Assembly (NCBI RefSeq): GCF_009914755.1
Contig: NC_060927.1
Length of the DNA: 64,000 nucleotides
Direction: 5' to 3' (one strand)
Origin: the human T2T-CHM13v2.0 reference genome, Homo sapiens
In this document: positions 38,586 through 53,379 of the stretch, piece after piece
How the letters are laid out: each line of letters begins with the position of its first letter
How positions within the stretch are numbered: the first letter of the stretch is position 1
The notes under the pieces: model-generated
What the model was told of the DNA's origin: nothing
Seen by the model: only the letters and a program-made list of their open reading frames with translations
The model's database searches: none
Made by a program: the position numbers and the translations under genes

Positions 38586-38919
38586 TAGTTTATTAAGTCA
38601 AACAGATAAATTTCACCCTATGGACCCTCTCAGTTTTGAGAACAGCAGTGCTACACTGCCAAGAATTCATGCTAAAACAAACCATAAACCTGACCTACGT
38701 CCCTAGTCTGCTGACTTTGCCCAAAATCTAAGCTCTTGCATTAGACTTTAAGTCCAAATGATATCATCATGGATTTTAGAAGAAAACATATATTGCCTTT
38801 GATTTTTATTTTTAAGGTGATAGTAATAAAGACCAGGCAGTATGAACACTGAATGCAGTGAACTTTGCTTGCACTTGCTGGAATACCCTAAACCAGCCTA
38901 TTGGTTTTCCTATGTAGTT

Positions 38920-39110
38920 TCTGTAATTGTAGAGCAGTTGGAACAGGGCTCCGGCAAGTTACCAGCTTACCTATGCCTCAGTAAATCACTGAGCCTTAGT
39001 TTCCTGATTTGTAAAACAGGGGACACTCACAGCCTTGTAGGAGGGCTAAATGAGTATATAAACAAAAATTGCCAGGCACATAGTAAAAGTGCTATTTATT
39101 ACCAGCTTGG
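38920..39110 (+). mobile_element. MIR
   Basis: 'ctgagccttagtttcctgatttgtaaaacagggg'. Confidence 0.7.
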
Positions 39111-39633
39111 ATTTTACATCTATATCACTAAGCTAGCATTACAATAGAAATTAAAATCTGAATATCTGGGTTAAGAAAAGAAAACAGATGATGAAAATGA
39201 GGGTAGGAAAATCAAACAGGTTTGAATAAGCCAAGTTAACTTTTATCTTAATGTTTAAATACAAGATACTTCAAATGTAGGAAAGTAATACTTACACTAG
39301 CAGTATTACAGCCAGGTATTTTATTTTGAGGAGGTTTCCTTAAGTTCCTAAGTCCCTTAAGTTCTCCTCATTCTCATTCTCCTTTCTCTGGTGAATTTAG
39401 TGTGCAACCTACCAGCATATGTTTTATCCTTTTACTATATAGAAGCATTATACCTTTAGTACACGTACTACATGCCTATATAAACAATATAGTGATGTTT
39501 TGTTATTACATTTGTATGTTTCTGCTGCTACTCCATATGAAAAGGTATTATAATGTAAATATTAATCTTTTTTCTTAACATCAAATGTTGGTGATATATT
39601 CATCCTGGTTGACATAGCTTTAGTTCTGTATGG

Positions 39634-39861
39634 CAGGAGTCAGCATACTTTTTCTGCAGAGGGCTGAACAGTAAAGGACCAGTACTGTAGGCTTTGCAGG
39701 CCACACGGTCTCTATTGCATCTACTTGACTCTCTGGTTATGGTGTAGAACAGCAGCCACAGGTAACGTATAAATGCGTGAATGGGGCTGTATTCCAGTAA
39801 AACTTGTAAAAACTGGGGTGGGCCTGATTTGGCCCACAGGACGTGTAGCAACCAAACCCTG
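39634..39861. mobile_element. MER58A
   Basis: CAGG...CCTG termini, 'ggctgtattccagtaaaactt', 8-bp TSD CTGTATGG / CTATATAG. Confidence 0.85.
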
Positions 39862-39915
39862 CTATATAGTATTTCATTGAAGAAATAAGGCACAATTAAT
39901 TCTCTATTTTCATGA

Positions 39916-40474
39916 TGTGATTATTAATTTTAGTTGTCAACTTGAGTGGGTTAAGGGATATGCAGATAGCAAGTAAAGCATTATTTATGGGTAAATCTGT
40001 GAGAATGTTTTTGGAAGAGGCTGGCATTTCAATTAGTGGACTGAGTAAAGCAGATCTTCTCTCAATGAGGGTGGGCTCCATCTGATCTGCTGAGGACCTG
40101 GATAGGGTAAGTAGGTGAATTTGCACTCTCTCTCTTCTGAAGCTGGGATGCCCTTCTTCTCCTGCCCTTGGACATCAGTACTCCAGGTTCCCTGGCTTTT
40201 GGACTCCAGTACTTGCACCAGCAGCCCCCCACTGGGTTTCCAGGCCATTAGCTTCAAACTGAGAATTACACCACCAGCTCCCTGGTTCTGGGGCCTTCAG
40301 TCTTGGACTGGGGCAAGCTGTGGGCTTCCCTGGTTCTCCTGCTTACACTGGGCCTATCATAGGACTTCTCAGCCTCCATAATCCTGTAAGCCAATTCCCC
40401 TAATAAATTCCCTCTCATATACCTGTGTCTATATCCTATTGGTTCTCTCTCTCTGGAAAACCCTGACTAATACA
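39916..40474 (+). mobile_element. MLT2 (ERVL) solo LTR
   Basis: TGTGATT...CCCTGACTAATACA with TSD CATGA / CATGG. Confidence 0.9.
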
Positions 40475-40586
40475 CATGGTAATGGACACTTAAGTTGTCA
40501 ACCATTTTTTTTTCTAAATCAGCCAATGTTTCAGTGAAGAATCGTATACATGTTCCCTGCATGCTTGTATAAAAAATCTTCTAGAT

Positions 40587-40745
40587 CAGTGCTTCTCAAC
40601 CTTTAATGTGCCTGTGACCCACCTAGGGATCTTGTTAAAATATAAAATCAGTAGGATGGGATGAAGGCCTGATACCCTTTTGGTCTAACAAGCTCCCAGG
40701 TGATGCAGATGCTGCCAGTCCATGGACCACATTTTGAAAAGCATG
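40587..40745. mobile_element. MER5A
   Basis: 'cagtgcttctcaacctt..ctaacaagctcccaggtgatgcagatgctgcc..ggaccacattttga'. Confidence 0.8.
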
Positions 40746-42192
40746 GCTAGACTAGAAAACTAGAGTAAAATTGCTCAAAATTATTAGATGTTGCCAAATT
40801 GCTCTTCAAGGTAGACAAACCTGTTTCCATACCCAGCAGGAGCATATGCCAGTTTTATTTCTATATATTCTCACCAAAAGTCTGAATTTTCATACTTTTT
40901 ATGTCAGCAATTTAAAGAGTATGAAATTATACTTTAAATTTGTTTTTATCTGATACCTTCAGGTTGAAGATCTCTTCTATGTTTCTTTATGTATCTGGTC
41001 TTGTTCTTCTGTGTATATCTTGTTCACTTATTTGTGTTTTTTCTTGTTGCTTTGTATGAATACTTTTAAAATTCTATACATTGATCTTTTGCCTATTATA
41101 TCCTTTGCAAGTATTTTATCCCAGTCTGTGTTTCTCTTTCCATGTTGTTTTTAGTATACAGAATATCTTAATTTTAATATGCTATAATTCAACCATATCC
41201 CCCCTTGATGTTTGCATTTTAGAACTTTGCTTAAGAATTTTTCCTAACTTCCAAAGCCATAAAGATATTCTATTTTCTTCTATCTATTGGACAGTTTTTC
41301 TTTTTCTATTTAGTTTTAAACTCATCAGAGATTGATTTATAAATGTGAGGCAAGGAACAAAGTTTTTTCCTAATAGAAAACCAGTTCTCCCAACATCATT
41401 TATTAAATAGCCCATCCCTTTTCCTTCTGCTGATTGTGATGTTTTGGTAAGTGTCTCTATCACTGGTGATATTTCTGTATATGTATTGGTCTGTTTGGGG
41501 ACTCTATTCTGATCTGTTACCCATCTGCACATCACTACCACACTGTCTTATTTGCTACAGCTTTGTAAGTGTTGATGTCTGATAGGGTACCTTGTTTTTC
41601 TTTAAAACTATCTTAATTATTTTAGATGTTCACTTTTTAAGCTATTTTATTAACTATAAGTATATACATATAAGTGCACATAAGTACATATAAATGTAGC
41701 TCAATAAATTTTTTAAAACTAAATATACCTATAAAACCAGAATGCAGATCAAGAAAAAGAAGTTGGCTACCATCCCCAAAGCCTCTGTCATGCTCACCTC
41801 CTGTCGCTAACGCCTCTCCCCAAAGGGAACCAATATTATGAATCCAATATCATTGCATAAATTAGTTTTTAGTATTTTATGTAAATGGAAATATAAAGTA
41901 TGTATACTTTTGTATATTCAACTCTAATAGATACTCTCAAATTGTTTCCAAAGTGGTTGTATCGAATTACTGTCAATATGAGAGCTCTAGTTGCTTCATA
42001 TCTTCACCACATTTTGATATTTTCAGACAAATGGGATATGTCTGAATCCCATTTTAGCCAGTTTGGTTGGCATGTAACTTTATCCCATTATAGCTTTAAT
42101 TTGCATTTTCTTAATAACTAATGAAATTGAGTGCCTTATACATTTATTGGCCATCCTAGGTATCCTGGGTTCTGAAGTATCTAAGTTTTTAG

Positions 42193-42580
<388 letters not shown>

Positions 42581-42843
42581 ACACTTTTGCCTTTTTCTTT
42601 TCCCCTATGTAAACAAAAGTCCATCCTACCCTGCTATATAGAACACATGACTCTTTCTTCAAGAATTCCTTTTCCTTCAAGGCCCATCATGACTTTCTTG
42701 ATCTCTCATGCTTCTGCTAATTCCCCAGTCAAATACTGTATCTACCCCGTTTGATAATTTGTAGGTTTTTTTTAACTTATTGTTGATAACACATTCTTCC
42801 TTGAACTAGAACTATCTTTGTACTTGTCACTTGCCCACTATTT

Positions 42844-43533
42844 CAGAGTTTTCAAACAGTGGGTAGCAACCTATTAATGGGTCATGAAATCAGTTAGTGT
42901 TTCACAACTGATATGGCTTGGATCTGTGTCCCCACCCAAATCTCATGTTGAATTATAATTCCCAGTGTTAGAGGTGGGGCCTGGTAGGAGGTGATTGGAC
43001 CATGCGGATGGTTTCTGATGGTTTAGTACCATCCCCTTAGTGCTATCTCGTGATAGAGTTCTCACGAGATCTGGTTTTTTGAAAAGTGGGCAGCACCTGC
43101 CCCTTTGCTCGCTCTCTTCAACCTACTCCAGCCATGTAGGATGTGATGGCTTCCCCTTCACCTTCTACCATGATTAGGAGTTTCCTGAGGCCTCCCCACC
43201 CATGCATCCCACACAGCCTGTGGAACAATGAGCCAATTAAACCTCTTTTCTTTATAAATTACCCAGTCTCAGGTATGTCTTTATAGCAGTGTGAGAACAG
43301 ACTAATATAACAACTATAATTTTTAAAATATGAAAGAGAATAGACTAGAAATGGAATATAAATAAAATATGAATACAAATAGACTAGATAGAAAATATCA
43401 AGTTAACTGCATATAATGGTAAATCTTTAATAATATTCTTATTTCAAATATATATATACCTGCATGGTGGATTATGTTATAAAATGTATTTTTTAACACT
43501 GAACTTCTGTCAAAAAAAGTTTAAAAAACAATG
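42844..43533. mobile_element. hAT-Charlie-type DNA element split by an MST LTR
   Basis: 'ttttcaaacagtgggtagcaacc..tgggtcatgaaatcagttagtg' resumes after 43314 and ends 'aagtttaaaaaacaatg'. Confidence 0.55.
42909..43309 (+). mobile_element. MSTA-like solo LTR
   Basis: TGATATGG...GACTAATATA with a perfect TSD ACAAC (42904-42908 / 43310-43314). Confidence 0.92.
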
Positions 43534-44114
43534 TCTTATTTGACTTTAATCTTCATGAGGGCAAAGAAAGTCTTCCATCATATTTTATTATTTATAGGGC
43601 TGTCATATTGCCTTGTACATAGGCCAAGACATATGATTTGAATTGAATTGATCCTCAGAACTTAGAAATTTTGCTTTCATTTACAAATCATTTTATATTG
43701 CCGCTTTGCTGTAATCGCTCATTTAAATAAAGCATCCACTCCAAAAATTAAGGCACTAGAAGAAATTTCAGATCCCTGCCTTTTACAGGAAGCCCTTGAG
43801 TCCTGTACACCAGTGCTATCGTATGTTAGTGAACCAATCCTGGTCTACAAACATTTTTGCTAGTGATTCACAAAGCGATAGTCGAGAGTAAATATTTTGA
43901 AACTTCTATAGCAATTTGACACAGTAGTTGTATGTTTGTTAAATCTAATAATTAAAAAATAGAGATTGTTTTTGTCATTGCACTTTTTTAAGTAATTTTT
44001 ATTGTATTTATAAAAATATAAGTTCAAAATGGTTTAAAAATCAAAAAGTGGTCCTACAAAAAGACAATTTGAGAAGGACTGTTCCAAAATATAAATGAAA
44101 GATGTGCATTTTTA

Positions 44115-44453
<339 letters not shown>

Positions 44454-44826
44454 TTATTACTAAAACAGAAAGTATCCTATGTAGCCTGGCCTTTGTTGAA
44501 GTCACAATGTATATTTGCTATCATTTTATGGGTTGCATTCGTGTATTTTATCTGGAATACCTGCATCTTCTGACTAATGGCCTCCACATCTTTTTGACCA
44601 TGCCTCTTGCATTAGTAAAATACTTTGAGAATATGCTCCCATATATGTATATTTATTAGCAATAATTTCATATTTACTATAGTCAATTATTAGGTACATT
44701 GTAAAACACATATCAAAAATAATAAAGGTTGGGACAAAAAAAAAACAAATCTTCATGGAAGTTCAAGTTAAACATTTTTCTCCTAAAGGTGCATATACTC
44801 TGACTTTGGAGATTCTTACCCTAGAT

Positions 44827-45034
44827 CTGGAGCAGCAAACTTTTTCTGGGAAGATCCAAAGAGTTAATATTTTTAGCTTTCAGTCTCTGTTGCAAGTATA
44901 CAACTCTGACTTTATAGTATGAAACCAGGCATAAGCAATAGGTTTAAAAATGAGCATGGCTGTATTTCAGAAAACTTTATAAAAACAAGTAGTGAGCCAG
45001 ACTTGGACCAAGAGCCATTGTTTGCTGATTTCTG
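44827..45034. mobile_element. MER58A
   Basis: 'gcaaactttttctg..gagcatggctgtatttcagaaaacttta', TSD CCCTAGAT / CTCTAGAT. Confidence 0.8.
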
Positions 45035-45135
45035 CTCTAGATTTTAGGGAAAATTGCAAATCCCATATTCACTCTCCTAGGGAATGTGAATTGCAGCATA
45101 AGAAGCCAGAGAAATATAAAAATCCCAATTTCCTA

Positions 45136-45439
45136 TTTTGTTGTTGTTGTTGTTTGTTTGAGATGGAGTCCCATGCTGTCACCCAGGCTGGAGTGCAGTG
45201 GCCCAATTTCGGCTCACTGCAACTTCTGCCTCCCAGGTTCAAGGGATTCTCTTGCCTCAGTCACTGAGTATCTGGGATTACAGAGGCATACCACCACTCC
45301 CAGCTAATTTTTGTATTTCCAGTAGACACATGGTTTCACCATGTTGCCCAAGCTGATCTTGAACTCCTAACTTCAAGTGATCCACCCCCTCGGCCTCCCA
45401 AAGTGCTGGGATTACAGGTGTGAGCCACTGCACCCAGCC
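45136..45439 (-). mobile_element. AluS
   Basis: (TTG)n tail and full dimer. Confidence 0.92.
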
Positions 45440-47344
45440 CCCACCCTTTTTTTTTTTTTCAATGGAGTACAAACAAACTTACTTTATGGATGAGGAAACT
45501 AAGGCCCAAAGAGATGACCTTCCCAATCATCCCAGCAAAGAAATATTGCTGTATATAATTGCAATTCATGCTTACTAACTAAATCTTATACTTGGTCATA
45601 AAACCATCACATTTAGTAACAACCAATTAAATTATTTTATTAATAAAGAAAACCCTGCCTCAGCAAATTATGATTTCCTATAGTTTTTTTTTCCTCAGGT
45701 TTTTCATTATTTCACTCAGAAAATATTGCATTTAGGGTTAAGAAAGATTAGCAGAATCACTTCTAACTAATTCAGTGAATAAAAAACTTAAAAAGATGGA
45801 TTTTAAAAAACCCAGTCATTTGTTTTCAGGAAAGCCTCAAAAATTGACAAGAATTCAAATTACAAATGGAAAATATTCTCAAGAGTTTCATTTTAGTAAC
45901 TGTACCTGGTGTTAATGATCCACATAGGTGTTGCTTAAAAATGAATGATCAATTTTTGCAAACAACATGCTTGCCAACAGAATGCGGAGGGCTTTCACAC
46001 ACACTGCTCTTAAGTCATGGTTAATTCATAGCCAAGGACACAACTAATGTGAGCAGTAAATAACATCTTGCCATGCAGGTCAGCAGATCAAGAAGGATGT
46101 TGTTACCCTGAAAGGGCTCAAGGACATCAGCTAGTGCCTCTTTATTTGTTCTGCTTCTGCATCTAGGACACAGCCTAGCACGGTATGGAGAGTTGACATT
46201 CGTGGAATGAATGAATGAACAGATGAAAATATGGGACTGCTGAAGAGGACTGAATTCTCTACAGAGATGTCTTAAAGTTGTTCTCATTGCTTTTACTTTT
46301 TAAATTTCTTCTATTTCATTGAGACTATTGAAGACAAAGCTGAGGAAGAATCTTGGGGAATGAATCTTTTGAATAGTGATCTGGTTCAACAGAAAAGGAA
46401 CTGAAAGAGATAAAAAATTATTAGGCCAACATTCTATATCTTCTGGTAAAGAGTTTACAAATAAATAAAATTTACAAATGTTTTTTCACATTTTATAGTA
46501 TCCTTTTAAAAACCCAAATTCGTTGTAAGAATCTGTCCAGACAAGAGAAGATTTCCAAATTTACTCTATCTTTAAAATGAAAACTATGCGACTTTGCTTT
46601 GCAACCCTATATAGCAAATTCCATGGGGATGGGAAAATAGAATTTATGAGGGATCCATCTCCAAACAGCTTATAGACATTCCTACTAAGGTGCCACCTTC
46701 CCATCCTTTGTCACCCAAGAAAATTCCTCAATGAGAACTGATTTTGAGTGGTTGGGAAGAGGAAAGGATTCCTCTTTCCTACCCCCAATCCCTCTACTTA
46801 CTGGTAGTTTGTTAAAATTCCTTTTAACAAAGGACCAAAATTTTTGTTCCATAAAAATACTTAAAATGCAAATAACTCTGCAAGTGGGGGAAAAAAAAAA
46901 AAAAGAAAAACAAAGCTGTTGACTTAGATTCACACTAAGGGGTAAATAGCTTATCAGATCTTTTCCAGAGAGTAGGTTCTGATGGCTACAGGCTCCATGG
47001 AGAGAAAAAGGCACTGGGGAAAAGTAGAACAAGTGTTGCCTAATTTACATTTTTGCTTGAGGCTGGCCCTGTTTCTGAATTTAGTGCCTCTACCTGATCA
47101 ATCCCCAGAGACTTGTTCCTATCATGTCTCCAGCTGCCATTCGCCTTCCTCCATCACCTGTGCCTCCCCTCCTCCTCTACCTGCCTGTTTTTATGCCACC
47201 AGCAGTCATTCAATTAAATGCAATTTCAGTTTTTCCCTGTCTGTCTCAACAAAGCCACTCCATATGGGATCAAATGCTAGATAAGAATCTTTTGAGATAA
47301 CCGTGACCCAGCTGATTAGTAAAGGACTTCGGTCTTCCCTAAGA

Positions 47345-47770
47345 TGGTGTATCACTGGTCAGCTCCTGAGATAGCAGCAGGAGGTTTATTGGAGAGTATG
47401 CTCAGAATCAGCACCCCTGAGAGACAGAGGGAAGTCATTGAGGGCAGGGAGAGAAGCTGAGCTACAGTATAGTTGCAGCAAAGGTCTCAGCCAATCCAAC
47501 CTGGAGATCTAGAGCTGAGAGGGCCCTTCAGAGTTGTTCTGAATTGAGGCAGGAGAGCTGCACCTTTATAACCCTGCACTGACCAGCCACTGAATGTAGT
47601 TTGTGCCTGAAAAATGGGTATGATCTTGGGGCAAGACACTCTCTTCAGCCAAGCACAAATCCCAAAGAGGACAATCAGCTAAGGGGCATCAGCCATTAGC
47701 ACTTCCAGCAGCTGGGAAAATAAGTGCCTCTTTCCTAGAGGGGGATCTTAGGTATCATGATATCCACTAA
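47345..47770 (-). mobile_element. ERVL LTR (LTR16-like)
   Basis: 'gaggtttattggagagtatgctc..ggcccttcagagttgttctgaattgaggc..cctttataacc'. Confidence 0.65.
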
Positions 47771-48037
47771 AATAAAGTTACTGTTCTTTTTAAGTGCAGG
47801 CTTTAAATTGGGGCTTAAAAGCAAAAATCACTCATTATTTTGTTAGAAACTTTACCAAGATCTCTTCTTCCTTGCAGAAAAACATGTCACCCATAGTAAT
47901 GCACCCATGGCTTCCAAGTTGCCAATTCAACACACATGGATTAATCTGCATTTGCAACTGTCATATTCATGATAATTCATGCAGACTTCTGTCTGCTTCA
48001 TTGTAAGTGTAGTCAGACACATGAATTAAAATATTTG

Positions 48038-48343
<306 letters not shown>

Positions 48344-48524
48344 ACATCTGAAATTTATATTATTATAAATTATTTTTCTATTCTCTTTAACATTGCAGTT
48401 AAGAATATGTGTATAGTAATATTTATACAAATTTTATTTCAGGAAAGTAAGGGAAACACGGCAAAATATTTTGTATGAAAAGAGATCATTAGATCTGAAA
48501 ATGTAATTTAGGATGGAAGCTTGC

Positions 48525-48900
48525 CTTAGAGTAATTCTAAACCCTAGCTGCCACTTAAAAACACTTACGAAGCTATAAAATATCCTGATGCCCAGGTCAT
48601 ATGCAAGACCAAGTGAATCAGAACTTCTGGAGGCAAAACCGAGACATTATTATTTTTGAAACTCTTCAAGGAATTGCAATGAATAGATAAGATTGAAAAA
48701 TCCATGTCCTGGGGCAGTGATTCTCAAAATTAAACGTGCATCACAAGCACCTTGTGATTGATCAGGCGCAGATAGCTGGGACCCACCTCCACAGCTTCTG
48801 ATTCAATAGCTCTGGGATAGGGCTGAGAATTTTTCTTTCTAATCAGTTCCTGAGTGACGCTGATGCTGCTGGTCCAGGACCACCCTTTGAGAGGCAGGGT
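48525..48900. mobile_element. Two adjacent MER5-type MITEs
   Basis: 'tgaatcagaacttctgg' and 'cagtgattctcaaa..tctgattcaatagctctggg..gatgctgctggtccaggaccaccctttgaga'. Confidence 0.7.
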
Positions 48901-49730
48901 TCTAGAGGCTTTGCCTGCCTGAGCAGAGTCCCCTCGCCACATTTAGCAGCTTTTCCTTGTCCCTGGTATCACCCATAAAACATTTTGGAAAATCTTCCCC
49001 TTTGTCAGTTTTTGGAAAGACCCTTTCCCCTCTATGCAGCTATTTCCAAATGCCACATTTTTCTACCCTCTAAGGAGGAACCACCAGCCGTCAGGAAAGA
49101 TAACCTCTAACTTCTTCCATAATTTTTTCATCTCCTTTTGTTTTGGATTTATTTGTCATTATAGACATGGTTTTACAAATTACAGAACTAAAAACACTCC
49201 TTCAAAACAACAACTTAATTGCTTTTGTTGTACAGTTCAATCCTAACATTTATGCTGTTGAGAACCAAATGCACTCACCGATGTCTTTTCACACTTGCTT
49301 TTTATCCTGAGATGGGCCAGATACAGCTGCTCTTCTCTATTATATAGCATTTTGCTGCCAGGTTCTAGAAGTACATTTGTTTTAACTCAAATCAAGCAAA
49401 GGCCATAAATAACACAAAGATGGGCAGGAGTAATTTGGCCACAACCCTCTCTTAGTTCCTCCTAAAATCAGAGTATTTCCCAGGAGGATTTAAGATAGGA
49501 TTTGTTTATCCCCTACTTCCTGCAGTTGCTTCAGTGAGACAGAGAGGTTTCTGAAACTCCTATGAAGTCTCATACCTCAACCTCAAGCACTAAAGCTGAT
49601 AAGGAAGTTGGGCGATTCAGATAAAAATTAACTTTCCCTTTTAAGAGAGGCTGAGGGAAAAACGGACAAAAAGTCCTCATTTTCTTTAGCAAAAGAAAAA
49701 TAGTCACACAATTTTTCAGCTTGGCCAAGA

Positions 49731-50317
49731 TTAATAACTCGTAATCTGAAGATATTGGCTTCTGTTGAAGTGAATATCAAGATTTATTGACCTGTGAAGT
49801 AAATATTAACAGAGGTGAAACTGAGGTTAATAACAAACCTCAGGGGATAATACATCTTCATATTTGCTAGTATAAAAAGTCAGCCCATATATTGCTCATG
49901 CATACATTCAAAAACCTCTTTAACCAAAAAGCTCTGGAAATCTCTTTGCTGTGACAGATTGCTTAAATATATGGCCGAATTTCTATTTGTATTAACATTC
50001 TCTGGCTGTACTAAGGCAGCCAGAAAAGCAAAACATTAATAGCTTCTTCTGAGGATCATCAGCAGCCAATCAAAAGGCAGTTGTTTATTTGCATATGAGA
50101 CCTGATTGGAAGAGACTGATCCTAATCAGTATCTGATTCCCCTCAATCTCACTGATGTAGGCAGTATATTGATGTGATTACACTAGTATTCAGCCACCTA
50201 ATAAGCCCATCTTTTCTCCACATACAAAATAAAATACTCTAAACTACGATTTTATACACATTGAAATAAATATGCTCATTGTCACCAGTGACAAATTTTA
50301 TAAACGAATGTTAAGAA
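49731..50317. other. Putative ancient palindromic (Crypton/Eulor-like) DNA element relic
   Basis: Imperfect inverted arms at 49773-49810 and 49826-49864 around AGAGGTGAAACTGAG, with possible short inverted termini. The family call is inference. Confidence 0.45.
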
Positions 50318-50341
50318 ATTTTATTTTTTAAAGAATAAGAA

Positions 50342-50657
<316 letters not shown>

Positions 50658-50699
50658 TTATTTCATACCTGAACAAAGGTATGAAAGGTATGAGATTTC

Positions 50700-50920
50700 T
50701 GGGCATTGGTGCCAGAGGAGCTGTTGGAATTCTAGTTCTAAGACTTTCTTTCTCTGTGACATCAGGCAAGTCACTTCACTGCTCTGTTCCTGAGTTTCCT
50801 CCATTGGAAAATGAAGATAACAATAGCACTTACCTCATAGGCTTGTTGCGTAGATTAAAGGAGTTAGGACATTCAAAGTGCCTTAGAGTGTGCTCAGAGC
50901 ATACTAATGAATATATATTT
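50700..50920 (+). mobile_element. MIR
   Basis: 'ggcaagtcacttcactgctctgttcctgagtttcctcc..aatagcacttacctcatagg'. Confidence 0.8.
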
Positions 50921-51029
50921 GTTTGTTTGTTTTTTAAGTTATAGAGAAAAGGGTCTTTGAAGATCCTGTGGCCCCACAGTCTCAAATATTTGTGGGCATC
51001 TGTCCCTTAGTGTTCTCGTGGTTAGCCTT

Positions 51030-51420
51030 AACCATTGACTGTAAAGTGTTGATATTACTGATGTTTATTTAAATTTAAATTTAGTTGCCAACATTTAAAA
51101 TTCAGGGGAATTCCATGTAAAATAATAAGAATGCACAGCTTTTCTCACAAAAATTTCAGAAGACACAACCACAGTTGGACTCGTATTCTCAGCGGCCAAG
51201 GAACAGGTGGCACTAAGGGGCAGCTGCCTGCTGCAGAGGGTGAGTGACTTTATTTTCACAGGTGTGAGCATGCTCTTTGCCAGTCTCTACCATTCTCCAT
51301 TACTCCCTATACTGAGGCTGAGGGTCAACAGCCAAGTATTATCCCATTAACGCTGTTACTCTTCTTGTAGTAGAACAAAAAGTGAAGAGAAATTTATCCT
51401 CATACCCATGTCTCTTTCAA
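51030..51420. mobile_element. Old hAT-Tip100-like DNA element fragment
   Basis: 'agttgccaacatttaaaattcagg..ccattactccctatactgaggctgag'. The family is from recall only. Confidence 0.4.
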
Positions 51421-53379
51421 AAAGAGAAACAGAAACAAAGACAGAGAGGCCCATGCTTCAAGAAAGATGTGAGCCAGACATGCTTGTTTAGACCATAAAG
51501 AGGATTTCTGAGTTTAATATACCAACAAAGTGCATCTGTAGAGAGAAGAATACAACTTAAGCCTCCATTAGGAAAACAAACCATGAGAAGAACCATGACT
51601 GGTATGTGGAAAAGATGCCTGATGAAAAGCTTAATGATCTGTAAAAGAGACTGGAATTTTAACACAGTTGATTTTGTGAATGTGAAACAAGTGAGTGGTG
51701 GTGCTGTGATATGCAGTGATGTACATTTTATACATTTACGTCACCTGCTCCCTGCATGTAGGTATTTGTATTTCTGATCCCTAATCTAAACTAAAGTATT
51801 ATTATATAGATGAAGAAACTAAAGCCAGAGAAGTTAAGGGAGTTGACTAATTGTAGCATACTAATTAGAGGCAGAGGTGACATTTAACCTGGGTCCCTTG
51901 GCTTCATTCCATGTCCTTTCTATTACTCAAATACAAATACAAATAGCTTCCACTGTGACTTCATGATGATACTCACTTTGATGATACTCAAAGTGAATAC
52001 ACACCCTCAGGTGAATTGAATCTCACCCTTCACATCTTATGAGACCATAGAAGGATTTAAATTCTCTCAGCCTTAACTCTCCAGTTAGAAAACACTAATC
52101 CTAGTGCTAGAATTATAATTGTTCAAAATGTTTTCAAGCTGGAATAAAATATTTGATCTACTGGTTCCTGTGTCAACAGACCACTATAATCAAAGTATGA
52201 ACACTTACCCAAGTCCTTTATTGGCAGAATAAAAATATTAAGAGTGGAAATATAAAACAAACGCTTAAACAGTAAATATGACATCTCATCTGTTGCCAGA
52301 GATTTCTTCACTTTCTTGTCTCAATACAGTAGAAAAAATTTTCATTTCTTTTGAAGAAAATGCAGCATTGTTCGATATCTTACTTAATCTTAGCCAACTC
52401 TCGGATTCACTCTGATTTTATTGTATTATCTCATTCTCCCAATTCTGTGAGCCCACTGGTCAGACACCTTTAGAAAGACGGCATGAGACATGACTAGAAA
52501 TATAAAATAAAAGCTGGGAAACACCTTAAAAACCACCATGAAACTATGCCTTCTCATACAGACTGACATGCAATTTATTAAAAAGAAAGGCAACAATATT
52601 AATATCTATGATCACTTGCCCAAATGCTTTTGTTTTCTATGCCTTTGCTGCTCCTCCTTCAGCCAATGGCTTTCTCAAAATGTAAACTGAAAATTCTTGT
52701 TCTATTGCTTATTTTATTTTTGGTTAGGTGATTTTGTTTTGTTTTGGTTCTAAGATACTAAATGATCTTATTTCTTCAGTGTGTTTCCACCTTCTCTCCC
52801 CTCTTTCTCCCATTGAAGGTGATAGGGGCTCTAACAATTGCTTCAGGGGAGGGATCTAAAGCCTCAAGGGTGGATACTGCTTAAAAGGTAGAAATCGGCT
52901 TTCAGACTTTGGTTTACAAAAGCCTAAACTAATCAAGAACTTTGCTGGTCAAATATCAAGAGAAAGAGTGTAGACTGATGGCAGAGAGGCAGCTGTCAGC
53001 TCCAACCCTGCATTCGTTCTCAGCCCCTCAGCCCTAAGTATTCGACAGTTGACCACCTTTCGTGGAGGTTAGAATCCAGCGAAGGGGAAGAGAACTCCAA
53101 ATAAATTGGGAGAAAAGAGGGAATGGATGAATCAAATTAGAATTGAAGATGTGGAGTTTTTTAATTAGTTTTTCTGGCATATCTGTGTTTGTTACCATTT
53201 AAGGACAAAATTCAAGCATCGGGGTTATTTTGACATGAAGACAGGGTAAATAGCCCCCTATTAGCATTCAGTAAGGAACTCAACCCCCTTTTAAGAACTC
53301 TGTATAAAACTCCCTTAAAACGTGTCCTCCCCTACACTGACATGGGTATAGGAACCAGAAATAACACTTTTATCTTTGC

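Noticed and set aside
51963-52060. Box C-like ATGATGA suggesting a C/D snoRNA
   Set aside because: No box D (CTGA) at a suitable distance and no terminal stem.
53221-53258. Short inverted repeat GGGGTTATTT / AAATAGCCCC
   Set aside because: A 10-bp imperfect stem is expected by chance in 64 kb.
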